Source: Thermoplasmata archaeon
GTDB taxonomy: Archaea > Thermoplasmatota > Thermoplasmata > Lutacidiplasmatales > UBA184
Reading direction: 5' to 3'
DNA length: 64,000 bases
Assembly (NCBI GenBank): GCA_021823345.1
Contig: JAKAOF010000004.1
Location: forward strand, 15,055-79,054
Under the pieces are notes generated by a model. It was not told the origin of the DNA. It ran no database searches and worked only from the letters and a program-made list of their open reading frames with translations. Positions 1 through 9,737 of this stretch are shown piece after piece. Every line of letters begins with the position of its first letter. Positions within the stretch are counted from its first letter, which is position 1. The position numbers and the translations under genes are program-made.

Positions 1-231
1 GGTAAGTTGGGCCGGCGGGAGGTGGGCGGGAGGCGCGGTCGCGGCCGGAGCCGGTCGAGGGGCCGCCCGAGGACGGCTTGCGGCGGTCGCCGGCGCGGGA
101 CGGGAAGGTGCGCGCGGGGCCGTCGGCCGGGGCAGCGCCTTTCCGCAGGTACTGCAGAACGCGCTCTCGTCGGGGTTCGTGCGGCCACAGCTGGCACAGA
201 CGGTTCCCGAGGGAGCGGCGTTAGCGATCAC
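1..231 (-). CDS. 5' fragment of a pilus-assembly ATPase with an N-terminal zinc ribbon and Pro-rich linker (gene runs off the left edge of the window)
   Basis: My own minus-strand translation from GTG 231..229 gives VIANAAPSGTVCASCGRTNPDESAFCSTCGKALPRPTAPRAPSRP... (CxxC...CxxC then Pro/Ala-rich). It is colinear with the N-terminus of the locus-2 ATPase (MMASCYNCGASIPPASRVCPHCNAP...). The GTG overlaps the TAG stop of the upstream gene (TAGTG), matching the coupling seen in locus 2. The ATPase identity is inferred from synteny only. Confidence 0.4.
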   Translation of the reverse strand, partial: MIANAAPSGTVCASCGRTNPDESAFCSTCGKALPRPTAPRAPSRPAPATAASRPRAAPRPAPAATAPPAHLPPAQLT

Positions 232-1040
232 TAGCTGCCTCCCTCGTCGGGCACGGGTTCGGGGGGGCGTTCGATCGCGCTCTGGAAGGACACGCGGAGC
301 AGAGCGTCCATCTGCAGGAGACGCTCGGAGATGACCTCGAAGTCCGAGGCGGTGGCCGAGAGGCAGCGATCGCATCCCGGGTCCCGGTTGCCCTGGGAGA
401 GGGCCTGCGCCTTATGTCGAAGGTCTTGGTCGAACGCGCTGAACCCCGAAACGAGGGTGCGGTTCATGGTGGGGAACATGGCCCGCGGGTTGTACGGGCA
501 GTTCGGGCAATCGAGATGCTTGATCGTACGGAGGATGGCCGCCCGCTCGTTGCGGAGGTGGCGGGCGATCTCGGCGGCGTTCTTGGGCCCGTTCACTCGG
601 ATGCTCGGGTCCGTGGAAAGGAGCGGCCCCGGGAACGCGCCGGGTCCGGAGGACATCGCATCGAGCTCGGCGATGACGCCGTCGACCTCCCCGTCCGGGA
701 AGACCAGTCCGGCGACATGGGGGCGTGGGGCCCGCAGGGAGAACTGTTCGATGAGCTTCGTCAGCGAGACCAGCATCTTGAGGAAGCGGACCGAATCCCC
801 GACGTATTGGCGCTCCATGGCCCCGGTGATCGTGATGCTGTCCACATAGGGTTCGGTCGAAAGGATGTTGGTCACGACGGCCATGCACTGCGAGTTGAGG
901 ACCCCCGAGGGCCCCTCGCACGCGGCGCATTTGAGTACCAAGTTCGTCGACCGTCCCTCGGACTTGAGCTCGTAGGAGAACTGGGGGAGATGGTTCGACC
1001 CCGGCCCTCGGTCTTCCTTAGATGGTTTTCCCTTCGTCAT
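231..1040 (-). CDS. Cys-rich conserved hypothetical protein (4 CxxC-type pairs); paralog of 33692..34702; leading cytoplasmic gene of pilus locus 1
   Basis: 269-aa ORF. The N-terminus FSYELKSEGRSTNLVLKCAACEGPSG aligns with FEYEVRTEGNSVNLIVKCESCEGPDG of 33692..34702. The C-terminal DCPNCPYNPRAMF...GCDRCL aligns with NCPNCAFNPKNMY...ECLRCL. ATGA start/stop overlap with the upstream gene. Normal amino-acid composition, not GC-artefact-like. Confidence 0.7.
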   Translation of the reverse strand: MTKGKPSKEDRGPGSNHLPQFSYELKSEGRSTNLVLKCAACEGPSGVLNSQCMAVVTNILSTEPYVDSITITGAMERQYVGDSVRFLKMLVSLTKLIEQFSLRAPRPHVAGLVFPDGEVDGVIAELDAMSSGPGAFPGPLLSTDPSIRVNGPKNAAEIARHLRNERAAILRTIKHLDCPNCPYNPRAMFPTMNRTLVSGFSAFDQDLRHKAQALSQGNRDPGCDRCLSATASDFEVISERLLQMDALLRVSFQSAIERPPEPVPDEGGS

Positions 1041-2782
1041 GCTGCTTCCCCCCTCCGCTGCTCCACGCTTCTCCAGATCACGAACACCACGACTCCCGCG
1101 ACCACGACCCCGATGGCGCCATACTCCAGGATCTGGAACGGGTCGGAGGCCTCCGGTGGGGAGGCTGTTTGGACGACCACCACCGTGGAGGTCGATGTTC
1201 GGGCCCCCGCGAAGGCGGATATCGTCACGGTGACCGAGTAGTTCGTGGAGAAGGAGAGTCCTCCGATCGACAGCGGACCGGGGCTCGCGGAGGAGAAGGA
1301 TTGCGGAGCGACCGGGTTGCCGCTCCCGGGGGTCAACGGCGCGATGTTGAGGGTGAGGCCCGTGAACCCGGGGATCTCACTGGCCACGGTCCAGTCGACG
1401 GAGATGCCGGCGGTGGAGGCCCCGACGGATGGAGCGATCGACGTGGCGGACACCACGGCCGTGGTCGGGGTAGGGATCCCAGTGTCCGGCGCCATGGTAA
1501 GCTCCACCGGGGAGCTCGAAAGCTGATACGCCTGACCGATGGCGAGCGTCGCCTCGTTGGCCGAGAAGGTGACGGTCTGTATGGTGCTCGAGGTCGACAA
1601 CTGCCGGTAGGCGGCGGAGTAGCTCTGGGGCATTCCCGGGTAAAGGTAGAACCAGCCCACCTGGTCGGTCGACCACGACACCTCGAAGTATCCAGGCGAC
1701 TCCTCGGCCAGGATCGCGCTCGTGGGCGCGGACGGGAACGTTGCGGACCACGTGACCCCGAAGGAGCTGCACCCCGAGCTTCCGGAGGCGTTGAGGTAGT
1801 TCACGCGCGCGCTCGAGAGCGTCAACACCTCGCAGCCGCTCGCCGAGGCGGAGATCGACTCCCCGTCGGAGAAGTAGTTGCTCGTGTTGGAATATTCCTG
1901 CTGGTGGGAGGCGACCGTGGCCGCGTAGAATCCCGAAACGCCGATGGCGAACATGTGAGAGCCGTCCGCGGAGACCACGGCGTCCCTCAGGCTGGTCGCG
2001 GGTCCCGGGTTGGGGGATCCCCCGAGGGGGTCCCAGACACCCGTGTAGCCGGCCGACTGGCCACCGGAACCTTGGTTCCCCGAGTAGACGAAGATCTGCG
2101 AATTGCCGTTCTCATCGTTCGATCCGACGACGAACCAGCTCCCGTCCTGGTCCATGGAGACGCTGACGAGGTTCTCCCCCGTCTCCACGTTGTAGAAGTG
2201 GAGGTTTGCCCCGGAGGCGGTCGTCGTGAAATAGGACACGTTGAACCCCGGAAGGCTCGAGTTGGGGTCCGTGAAGTGACCGATCACCACGAAGGCGTTC
2301 CCATCCTCGGAGAACTGGGCGTTGGTCACGAACGCCTTCACATGGGAGTTGTCCCCCAGGAAACCCTGGGCGGTCCAGAGCGGGGGGGCGTTGGACGGGC
2401 TCGAGATGGTGTAGAGGTAGACCGAGTTGTTGACCGTGATGAGTATCTCAGGGACCCCGGCCGGACCGGTACCGGACATCGAGACGGAACTGGCGTTGCC
2501 CGGCAGGGGCCAGCTCGAGATCAGGTTCCAGGGGGTCGTGGAGAACAGATAGGCATGGTCGAGGCTGGAGGTCGCGGTCACGTACTCGCCGTTCGGGGTC
2601 GTCGCGAGATGGGAGATGCCGGAACCGTCCGGAGTCGTGTAATTGTCGAGGGACGGGGTCGTCACGGCCGGGTGGATGGCCGGAGCGGCGTCCGGGATGG
2701 AGGCGGCCGTCGCGACCGACGAGGTCGAGCTGAGCAGCAGCGGAAGAAGGAGCGTGAGGGCGAGCAGGGGAAGCGCCCTCAT
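1037..2782 (-). CDS. Secreted Ser/Thr/Asn-rich surface protein with N-terminal signal peptide and C-terminal TM anchor; paralog of 34709..36628
   Basis: Start at the internal Met MRALPLLALTLLLPLLLSSTSSVATAAS (signal peptide), sharing ATGA overlap with the stop of the pilin gene. Many NxS/T sequons. C-terminal hydrophobic segment GAIGVVVAGVVVFVIW followed by RSVEQRRGEAA. Block TPNGEYVTATSSLDHAYLFS is homologous to AGYVTAVSSSDILYLFNS in the locus-2 protein. Confidence 0.7.
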   Translation of the reverse strand: MRALPLLALTLLLPLLLSSTSSVATAASIPDAAPAIHPAVTTPSLDNYTTPDGSGISHLATTPNGEYVTATSSLDHAYLFSTTPWNLISSWPLPGNASSVSMSGTGPAGVPEILITVNNSVYLYTISSPSNAPPLWTAQGFLGDNSHVKAFVTNAQFSEDGNAFVVIGHFTDPNSSLPGFNVSYFTTTASGANLHFYNVETGENLVSVSMDQDGSWFVVGSNDENGNSQIFVYSGNQGSGGQSAGYTGVWDPLGGSPNPGPATSLRDAVVSADGSHMFAIGVSGFYAATVASHQQEYSNTSNYFSDGESISASASGCEVLTLSSARVNYLNASGSSGCSSFGVTWSATFPSAPTSAILAEESPGYFEVSWSTDQVGWFYLYPGMPQSYSAAYRQLSTSSTIQTVTFSANEATLAIGQAYQLSSSPVELTMAPDTGIPTPTTAVVSATSIAPSVGASTAGISVDWTVASEIPGFTGLTLNIAPLTPGSGNPVAPQSFSSASPGPLSIGGLSFSTNYSVTVTISAFAGARTSTSTVVVVQTASPPEASDPFQILEYGAIGVVVAGVVVFVIWRSVEQRRGEAA

Positions 2783-3459
2783 GCCCACACCCCGAGCACG
2801 ACGGAGATCGGGCTCGCACCCCCGGCGGGGCCGGGGACGGTCTCGGACGAGGAATAGATGGTGCCCGTGGTCCCGGTCGCATCGAACCCCATGAACACGC
2901 ACGCGGAAGAGATGGTGCAGGGAGACACCGGAGTGGAAGCGTTCTGATATTCGAGGTAATACTCCGCGAAGGTCTGGGGGTTGAGGCTCACCGTCGATCC
3001 CATGGCAACCTGAGACGCGGTATTATTTATCACGTACCCCGCCCACCCCGGAGTGTCGAGGAGGTGCTCGAGGCTGGCCCGTGGGCCGGCCCCGGTCAAC
3101 GATTCGAGAAGGCTCAGGTGCAAGGCGACCAGCTGGGCCATGCTGTAGTCGTATACCGTACCCGTCTCCCAACCGGGGTTCAACGCCTGGCAGGGGTCGT
3201 TCGGGACGGGCGACCCCGAACTCCCCACGCAGAGCGTGGCGTTCGGGGCCGTGGCCGAAAGGAAGCTCTGAAGGGCATCGGCCGCGTAGGTCGTTCCCCC
3301 GAGGTTCCGCTGCTCGACGATCGGGCTCACGGAAACCATGGCGTACAGGAACAGCGTGGCCACGATGAGCAGGGGGATGAAGAGCACGACGTCAAAGGCG
3401 GCCACCTCACCCCGGCGACCCCGGCGGAACATCGACTTCCGACCGCTGATCCGCCGCAT
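2779..3459 (-). CDS. TadE-like type IV pilin (class III signal peptide)
   Basis: N-terminus MRRISGRKSMFRRGRRG|EVAAFDVVLFIPLLIVATLFLYAM: basic leader, Gly, then a TadE-like hydrophobic helix with acidic residues near the cleavage site. Homologous to the N-terminus of 36616..37182 (VHRRFRGRRGQVAIVDGIVF). Start could be the internal Met (3432). Confidence 0.65.
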   Translation of the reverse strand: MRRISGRKSMFRRGRRGEVAAFDVVLFIPLLIVATLFLYAMVSVSPIVEQRNLGGTTYAADALQSFLSATAPNATLCVGSSGSPVPNDPCQALNPGWETGTVYDYSMAQLVALHLSLLESLTGAGPRASLEHLLDTPGWAGYVINNTASQVAMGSTVSLNPQTFAEYYLEYQNASTPVSPCTISSACVFMGFDATGTTGTIYSSSETVPGPAGGASPISVVLGVWA

Positions 3460-3460
3460 G

Positions 3461-3964
3461 TCAGTCCCAGATCTCCACCATGAGCGTGGCTGTGTGATAC
3501 TCCCCGTAGGGAACCCCAGGGAACCAGATGTCCACCGTCGTCTCGGAGGTGACGAGGCCCTGGGTCAATCCGTTGAGGGTCTTGGGCGGCGCCCCGGTCT
3601 CGATGATCCGTGGTTGGTTCAGCCAGGCGTGGGGGTACGAAGAGACGTCGGTGATCACGACCCGGAAGTCGTACGCCGGGTGGAAATCGTAGGTGATGTT
3701 CGACGACGTCAGGTTGACCACCTTGAAGACGTCGAACACCCCGACCTCGCCCTGGTAGGTCAAGTTGGAATATCCCCGGAGGTCCTGGAGGAAGAGGCTC
3801 GCCTGGTCGGCGAAGGTCTCGTTCTGTTGGCGCTTCTCGAAGGTATTGAGGCCGGAGAAGAGGGCGGCGAAGAAAAGGAACAGGGCCGTGATCACGATCC
3901 AGGCCGCTGGTACCTCTTCGAGGAAACCGGCGACCCCCCGGCGTCCCATGCGGTGCGACATCAA
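3461..3964 (-). CDS. TadE-like type IV pilin (class III signal peptide)
   Basis: MMSHRMGRRG|VAGFLEEVPAAWIVITALFLFFAALF, close to the RSHRG|VAGFFEEFPVLIVVLAALLL N-terminus of 37173..37688. 167 aa with a globular C-terminal part. First gene of the locus-1 operon. Confidence 0.7.
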   Translation of the reverse strand: MMSHRMGRRGVAGFLEEVPAAWIVITALFLFFAALFSGLNTFEKRQQNETFADQASLFLQDLRGYSNLTYQGEVGVFDVFKVVNLTSSNITYDFHPAYDFRVVITDVSSYPHAWLNQPRIIETGAPPKTLNGLTQGLVTSETTVDIWFPGVPYGEYHTATLMVEIWD

Positions 3965-4127
3965 TGCTCGCGAAGAGACCGGTCCTCAGATAAGGCCTTC
4001 TTGTGCCCGCGAATTTCTCCTTGAGCGCTCACCGCCGGAGCTTTCGTCGGGAATCGACTCGGAGTCGATGGCGAAAGGCTTTTAGGTGGGCCCAGTGTGT
4101 GTCACAGCACCTCACGGGGTCATCAAC

Positions 4128-4685
4128 ATGCGTACGAGTGTTTGGCGGAACAATCGCCGGGGAGCCTTAGAAGGAGTGCCACTGTATCTGATCATCCTGA
4201 TCATCATCGCGGCCATCGTGGTCGTGATCGTGCTGGGATGGCTGGCTACCGTGCAACACCCGACGATCGGATCGGTCACGACGGTCGTAGCGGGGTCTAG
4301 CACGATGACCGTGAGCGGTAGTTTCACCTGCACCTCTACCTCGTACTGGTGCTTCACCCCGGTCAACTCGACGGGCGGTTGCCACTACATCTACAACCAG
4401 CCCACCACCGCCCCTGCGATCCAAGTGACGGTCCAGGACAATCACGGGAACAACCTGCAGGGCGCCACCGTCACCTTGACGGCGAGCGGCAGTCTCAACT
4501 TCACGGGTTCGAACATCGCCAACACCGGAACGAACGGCGTTGCCTCCTTCAGCCAGTTCTCCGGCTTCGTGGGCCCGAACACCCAGAGCGGGACGATCAC
4601 GGTCTCCGCCAACTACGCCGCGGGAGGAATCCAGAGCTCTCAGAACGGTGGGACGATCATCATCGATCCACCGGCGGGCTGCTGA
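4128..4685 (+). CDS. Prepilin-like secreted protein (class III signal peptide plus Ig-like/adhesin-like domain); paralog of 21970..22551
   Basis: Start at the in-frame ATG: MRTSVWRNNRRG|ALEGVPLYLIILIIIAAIVVVIVLGWL. The paralog has KRAALEGLPLYLIIMVVVAGVVIVILLSWL. Both end ...PP(A/Q)GC / IPPQC. TATA-like CTTTTAGG about 45 nt upstream. Confidence 0.65.
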   Translation: MRTSVWRNNRRGALEGVPLYLIILIIIAAIVVVIVLGWLATVQHPTIGSVTTVVAGSSTMTVSGSFTCTSTSYWCFTPVNSTGGCHYIYNQPTTAPAIQVTVQDNHGNNLQGATVTLTASGSLNFTGSNIANTGTNGVASFSQFSGFVGPNTQSGTITVSANYAAGGIQSSQNGGTIIIDPPAGC

Positions 4686-4714
4686 TTCCGCGCCCCGCCC
4701 CGGGACGGTAGGGA

Positions 4715-7700
4715 GTGAAGCGGAGGCTCTCCCGACAAGACGGAAGGGTCCCGTACTCCCTGGTGGCACTGGTCGTACTGAGCAGTATCTTCACGCTGTC
4801 GGTCTACTTCGAGCAGGTCGCGCTCTCGACGACCTCGCAGTCCACCTATGATGTCCCCGGGATGACCCAGATGGGGATCGACCGGGCCGAGTCCGAGATC
4901 TCCGCAGTGGCCCAGCAGGACCTGATGAACGTCGAGGTCTCGCTGCTGGGTGCCGGTGCCAATCCGCAACTCAACCTGTTGAACCAATCGCTCAACACCG
5001 AGTTCACGGCCTCGATGGCCTCCCTCGGTTTCTCCACGCCCCAGGGCCTCGTGGTGGACAACGTGGTGATCCGGGCGACCTCCTGGGGGATCAATGCGAC
5101 CTTCTCGGAGGGGACGACGGCGGACGTCGTGCCACACGTGGGCCTCCAGACCGGAACGGGCGTACCCTTGCTTCCCCTGGCCTCGCAGGTGAATTCCACG
5201 AATTTGACCTCCTACGCCAGCACGGAGCTCCCGTTGTACCCCATGGCCGTCGGCCACGTCATGCTCACCGCCTTGGACGGCAACAGCGGAGAGCTGCTCT
5301 CCACGCCGTATGACTTCTCCGTGAGCGTGCAGAGCGAGATCGGACTGCTCGAGGCGCAGAGCGCCGAGTTCTCGGACGCCTCCTGGGGGTCGGGGAGCGG
5401 GCTGGCGAAGCTGGTCTCGTACATCCTCACCAGCCTTGCGGAGCTCCGGGCCCTGTCGGGATACGGGTCCGGGGGATATCCCGGGTACCAGGCCGGCACG
5501 GTGATCTCGGGGGCGACGGGGAATTCCATCCTCTCCTCCGCCGATGTCCACGACGCGGAGAGCCTGGCCGTGCTCTTGGAGTCCCTCCGCTATTTCCGTT
5601 CGTTCGACGGAGCGGCGGTGAATTCCCTGTTGAGCAGCCTGCCCCCCGGGCCTTATGAACAATTGCTCGCGCGCTACGTCTTCAACGGCACCATCGATCC
5701 CGCCACGCTCTACCTGCTCTTCCTCGATGCCCAGGGGGGTTGGTCGGACGGTTGGATCTCGAGCGGGGCGGGGCTCGCCAGTGCCATCTACGGGTTTGCC
5801 GACCGGTTCAAGTTCGACCTGCTCCAGCGGTTCTGGGGCAATGCCACGGTGGACCCGACCTTGCTCGAACCCGTGGCGAGTTGGCCCACGGTGCAGATGC
5901 AAGGCATGGGGTTCGCCCAGACCATGCTCCTCACGTGGCTGTGGGACTACGGGAGCTGGCTCGGGGTCACCCAACAGTCCCTGCCGCCCGAAGACTCCAC
6001 GGCCGTGATCCCGCCCATGGTGGGGAGTGCCAGTGACGGGTTCGGGAACGTCTGTACCTACGTGCTCTTCCCCGGGGGTACCATCGAGACCAGCAATCCC
6101 GGGGTGCCCAACCTCGCGGACCTCATCCTCGGTACGCCGCAGGTCGAGCAGATCTCGGTCCCCGGCAACCCGAACTACAACGTCTATCTCGCCCCGAACA
6201 ACTACCAGGTGTGGGAGAACGTTTCCATCGACCAGCCCTCCGCGCCCTACGCCTACCTGAACGATGCCGGGAACGGGCTGCCGAACGACTGGTGGATCGA
6301 CTTCAACGAGAACTCGACCTACATCACGACCCACGACTCCTTGCTGCTCCTGTTCAACCCGATGGACACGAACCCCTACGATCCCGGGGCCTTCGACCGC
6401 ACCCTGCACTCGGTCCTCGTGGACCTCTCGAACTCGATGCAGCACAAGTCCTCGACCGCCTCGCTCGTGTCCGACAAGGGCTATCTCGACTATGTGGGGC
6501 TCACCGGGGACAACGTCGGGGGGAACAGCACGATCACCGGGACGGGGATGCCGGACCTGTCGACCACCACCGGGAGGAACACCGCCCTGAACACGAGCTA
6601 TTCCTACCTGACCCAGGGGACGTCCAGCATGTTCGGGGGACCGTTCTCGCGGGCACTCTCCAACTTCAGCGTAGCTTCCGGGAACCCGGCGAACCGGACA
6701 TCTTGGTGGGTCAACGGAGCGTCGCACCCCGCGCTCGCCGGCTCGGGAAACCCCACCTCGACGGTGAACGGGGGCGTCAACTGGACGATGTCGGCGATCT
6801 CGAGCTACCCCGCCAGCGAGTGGTTCCAGATGCTCTACACCCTGTACTACGGTTCCGGCGGGACGATCCCGGCGGCCCCTCCACCCCTGTCGCAGATCAA
6901 TTACAACAACATGGACCAGTTGGTCTACAATATCCTGAGCCCCGGGGTCGAGCAGACGCCCCCCACGGGGTATCAGCAACCCAATTTCGCCGTCGATGTC
7001 ATGAACGAGACGTTCATCTCCGTCTATTGCTGGATCACCGGTGACCAGAGCAATTACGGGAACAACATCGGGTGCGGATCGGAGAACGGAGGACCCTTCT
7101 GTCCGAATGGGGGCGGTGGCTTCTTTGGAGGCGGTTGCCTGGGGGACACCGCGAACTCTCCCTTCAATCCCCAGGCCAACGGCAATTTCTTCACGGGCGC
7201 CTGCAACGGGAACAACCAGAACCCGGCCTTCCAACGGGCCATCAACAACTGGTACCTCACGGGCACGGGAGGTCTCGCCAACATGTGGACCCTCGTGGGG
7301 AACTCGGTGATGCAGTCCCTCCAGGGAGGAGTGGACCAGATCCACCAGTTGCTGCAGAGCTCCTGGCAGAACGTATACAACAACACCGGGAATGCGGACT
7401 GGTCGGGTCAGAACTTCACGAACTGGATCCTCCGGTACATCGCTCCCCCGATCCTCAACGACACGAGCGCGATGGGCACCCCCGGCGGGTGGCTGAACCA
7501 GATCTACCGCTCCACGGACCAGTGGCTCCAGACGGGCACCAACCTCACGGGTACGGTCACGAAGATGGACCTGAACCGAGGCCGGCCGTACTCCTTCTCC
7601 CTCGGCAATGCGAGCGTGGAAGGGGCGGACGGCCAGATCTTCAACGAGAGCCTCCGGAACATGACGTTCGCCTTCACGGGCGGCACGCTCGACTGGAGCG

Positions 7701-9349
7701 TTCCGCAATTCACGGTGCATCTCGTCGATCCGCAGAACGACTCGTCGAACATGGGCATCGCCCCCTACGAGACGAGCTGGTCAGTGTCCCTCCAGGGTTC
7801 CTTCTCGGTGGTGCTCACGAGCTCCCGGGAGAGTCTAATCTCCGGTGGAGTGCTACAACCGACGGTGCTCAACCTCAGCATTCCCGTCCATAGCCAGTCG
7901 ACCATCACGGTCTACACCCCATGGCCGCTGGGGAGCGGCTGGGACCCGAGCTCGAACCCGCTCCCCGGGGACCCGACGGTGCTCGAATCCCGCGCGCTCC
8001 TGGGGTTGGAAGGCCACGACTACCATTCCGGGTTCGGGGGCACGGGAGATCTCCTGCCAGGGATCTATCCGAGCGTTCCGCTCGACAACCTCCTCCTGCT
8101 GAGCGCGGCCGTGGGCCGCGTGAGCTCGACGGAAGGGCATTCGCTCGCCGAGCTCTTGGCCGGGTTGCCGGAGGTGGCCGCGGGCCGCTCGGCGCCATGG
8201 AGCCAGAACCTCACCGCCCTCGAACTGACCACGAATTCCGACCTTGCCGCCACCGCGGGCCCCTTCCTCTCGTGGGCGGGAGCGAACTTCTCGGTACTTT
8301 CCAATGACCTATCCTCCGCGGCCCAAGGGGGAGTTCCCTCGACCTTCACGGTCGGCGGGAACGGATTCTTCGGATACAACGCGACGGTGAACACCGACAC
8401 GGATGTCGTGAGCTATTTCGTCGGTCAACCGGCCGGGCCCGGGTACAACCCTCCGGAAGAGTACGCGCTCGCGTTCGGGGGCTCCCGGGTCGGAGATGCC
8501 TTCACGGTCGACAACCCGTACGTGGGGGCGAACCCGGGGACCCATGGCTTCTCCGGGACGTGGGGCACCTCGACGGCCGGGGCGTACGCACTTACCGGGA
8601 ACTGGCAGGAGTTTGGCAGCGTCTACTCGCTCTCCCTTTCAGGGCCCGCGCGACCCGGACCCACCGTTGGGAAAGGGGCCACCTATCCCGAGCTCTCGGT
8701 CCCGTATCTTCAAGGGATCACGGGCGGAGGCTACCCGGCCACCGTATCGGTCCAAGGCGTGGGAGGGATCCCTTCGGCGGCGCTCACCGCCTTTGGTCAG
8801 TCGCTCCCGGCGTCGGGGACCTCGGTGACCTTCCCCCGCTACGTCGCCCAAGAGACCTACGCGGGGGGTCGGTTCTACAATGCGCTCGTGGCGGGAAGCG
8901 TGCCCTCGAGCCCGGGCATCACCTCCATCGGGTATTCGACGGACCTCACCTGGGGGGGAGGAGCTTCCTCCAATTACTCCTTGGTCTTGGTCGACCCTAC
9001 CGGGGCGCTCTTCTCGACCCCGTCGGGAACGGCGGCTTCCGAGGCCTTCCTCCTGTGGCTGGACAACAACGCGGAGACCCTGGGCTACTCGCTGGGAGCG
9101 CCCTCGCCATACCTTACGATCCTCGCCTCGATCCCGTCCGGCCTCTTGTCGCCCGCGTATCGCAACGTGACCATGGTCTGGCAGGAGGGGCTGACCCCGG
9201 TGAGCGCCTATGCCTGGAGCGGTCCGAACATGGCGGCTCTCGAGGCGGACCTGGGAGGCTCCGGTGGTGGAATGGGGAACTCGCCCACGCTAAGTATCGG
9301 GGGCGGGGCGGCCGGGGGATGGGGCTTCACCGGTACCCTCACTGGGTGA
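4715..9349 (+). CDS. Giant (1544 aa) N-terminally membrane-anchored, heavily N-glycosylatable cell-surface protein; paralog of 16966..21684
   Basis: N-terminus MKRRLSRQDGRVPYSLVALVVLSSIFTLSVYFEQ (short basic leader plus one TM). More than 60 NxS/T sequons. Long colinear similarity to the 16966..21684 product, for example VDPQNDSSNMGIAPYETSWSV vs VDPQDSSVNMGIAPFETTWDV. The antisense 1026-aa ORF 4640..7720 is an artefact. Confidence 0.85.
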   Translation: MKRRLSRQDGRVPYSLVALVVLSSIFTLSVYFEQVALSTTSQSTYDVPGMTQMGIDRAESEISAVAQQDLMNVEVSLLGAGANPQLNLLNQSLNTEFTASMASLGFSTPQGLVVDNVVIRATSWGINATFSEGTTADVVPHVGLQTGTGVPLLPLASQVNSTNLTSYASTELPLYPMAVGHVMLTALDGNSGELLSTPYDFSVSVQSEIGLLEAQSAEFSDASWGSGSGLAKLVSYILTSLAELRALSGYGSGGYPGYQAGTVISGATGNSILSSADVHDAESLAVLLESLRYFRSFDGAAVNSLLSSLPPGPYEQLLARYVFNGTIDPATLYLLFLDAQGGWSDGWISSGAGLASAIYGFADRFKFDLLQRFWGNATVDPTLLEPVASWPTVQMQGMGFAQTMLLTWLWDYGSWLGVTQQSLPPEDSTAVIPPMVGSASDGFGNVCTYVLFPGGTIETSNPGVPNLADLILGTPQVEQISVPGNPNYNVYLAPNNYQVWENVSIDQPSAPYAYLNDAGNGLPNDWWIDFNENSTYITTHDSLLLLFNPMDTNPYDPGAFDRTLHSVLVDLSNSMQHKSSTASLVSDKGYLDYVGLTGDNVGGNSTITGTGMPDLSTTTGRNTALNTSYSYLTQGTSSMFGGPFSRALSNFSVASGNPANRTSWWVNGASHPALAGSGNPTSTVNGGVNWTMSAISSYPASEWFQMLYTLYYGSGGTIPAAPPPLSQINYNNMDQLVYNILSPGVEQTPPTGYQQPNFAVDVMNETFISVYCWITGDQSNYGNNIGCGSENGGPFCPNGGGGFFGGGCLGDTANSPFNPQANGNFFTGACNGNNQNPAFQRAINNWYLTGTGGLANMWTLVGNSVMQSLQGGVDQIHQLLQSSWQNVYNNTGNADWSGQNFTNWILRYIAPPILNDTSAMGTPGGWLNQIYRSTDQWLQTGTNLTGTVTKMDLNRGRPYSFSLGNASVEGADGQIFNESLRNMTFAFTGGTLDWSVPQFTVHLVDPQNDSSNMGIAPYETSWSVSLQGSFSVVLTSSRESLISGGVLQPTVLNLSIPVHSQSTITVYTPWPLGSGWDPSSNPLPGDPTVLESRALLGLEGHDYHSGFGGTGDLLPGIYPSVPLDNLLLLSAAVGRVSSTEGHSLAELLAGLPEVAAGRSAPWSQNLTALELTTNSDLAATAGPFLSWAGANFSVLSNDLSSAAQGGVPSTFTVGGNGFFGYNATVNTDTDVVSYFVGQPAGPGYNPPEEYALAFGGSRVGDAFTVDNPYVGANPGTHGFSGTWGTSTAGAYALTGNWQEFGSVYSLSLSGPARPGPTVGKGATYPELSVPYLQGITGGGYPATVSVQGVGGIPSAALTAFGQSLPASGTSVTFPRYVAQETYAGGRFYNALVAGSVPSSPGITSIGYSTDLTWGGGASSNYSLVLVDPTGALFSTPSGTAASEAFLLWLDNNAETLGYSLGAPSPYLTILASIPSGLLSPAYRNVTMVWQEGLTPVSAYAWSGPNMAALEADLGGSGGGMGNSPTLSIGGGAAGGWGFTGTLTG

Positions 9350-9676
9350 GGTTCCCTCGGTCGGGGATTCCGTAGCGACCCGTTTCCGGGAAGATCGTGC
9401 GGGGGTGCGCCGCGGCACTGGTTGAGGCTCGGGTTCCTCCTCTGTCGGGGTCACGTACCCCTCGGGAAGCGGGTGGGGGGGTTCTACGAGGAACTTCGGG
9501 TCCTTGAGGAAGAGCTCGGCGAAGCCGCAGGCGCGGCAGACCTTCGCCCGGAAGAGACCGTCGCTGCGGATGGTCCCGGCATAGAGGCAGAGGACCCCGG
9601 GGGAGGTTCCCTTGTAGGTCTTGAGATCGTTCACCCAGACGACGTCGGGCGAACGGCACTTGGGGCACTTCGTCAC
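9290..9676 (-). CDS. Small zinc-ribbon protein (CPKC...CRAC) with a disordered Pro/Glu/Thr-rich tail
   Basis: MTKCPKCRSPDVVWVNDLKTYKGTSPGVLCLYAGTIRSDGLFRAKVCRACGFAELFLKDPKFLVE: Lys-rich, non-GC-artefact composition with two CxxC pairs. The 3' end overlaps the end of the convergent giant gene by about 60 nt, so the exact stop is unsure. Confidence 0.5.
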   Translation of the reverse strand: MTKCPKCRSPDVVWVNDLKTYKGTSPGVLCLYAGTIRSDGLFRAKVCRACGFAELFLKDPKFLVEPPHPLPEGYVTPTEEEPEPQPVPRRTPARSSRKRVATESPTEGTSPSEGTGEAPSPGRPAPDT

Positions 9677-9737
9677 GGCCGCTGCAACGGGAGCGGACTA
9701 AAAGCCCTTCTCCCGAACGTTCCCGGGTCGGCCGGGC

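Noticed and set aside
4640-7720. 1026-aa minus-strand ORF antisense to the giant surface protein gene
   Set aside because: Arg/Gly/Pro/Val-dominated composition typical of a non-coding frame in high-GC DNA. It is fully contained in the well-supported sequon-rich + strand gene 4715..9349 and carries no recognisable motifs.
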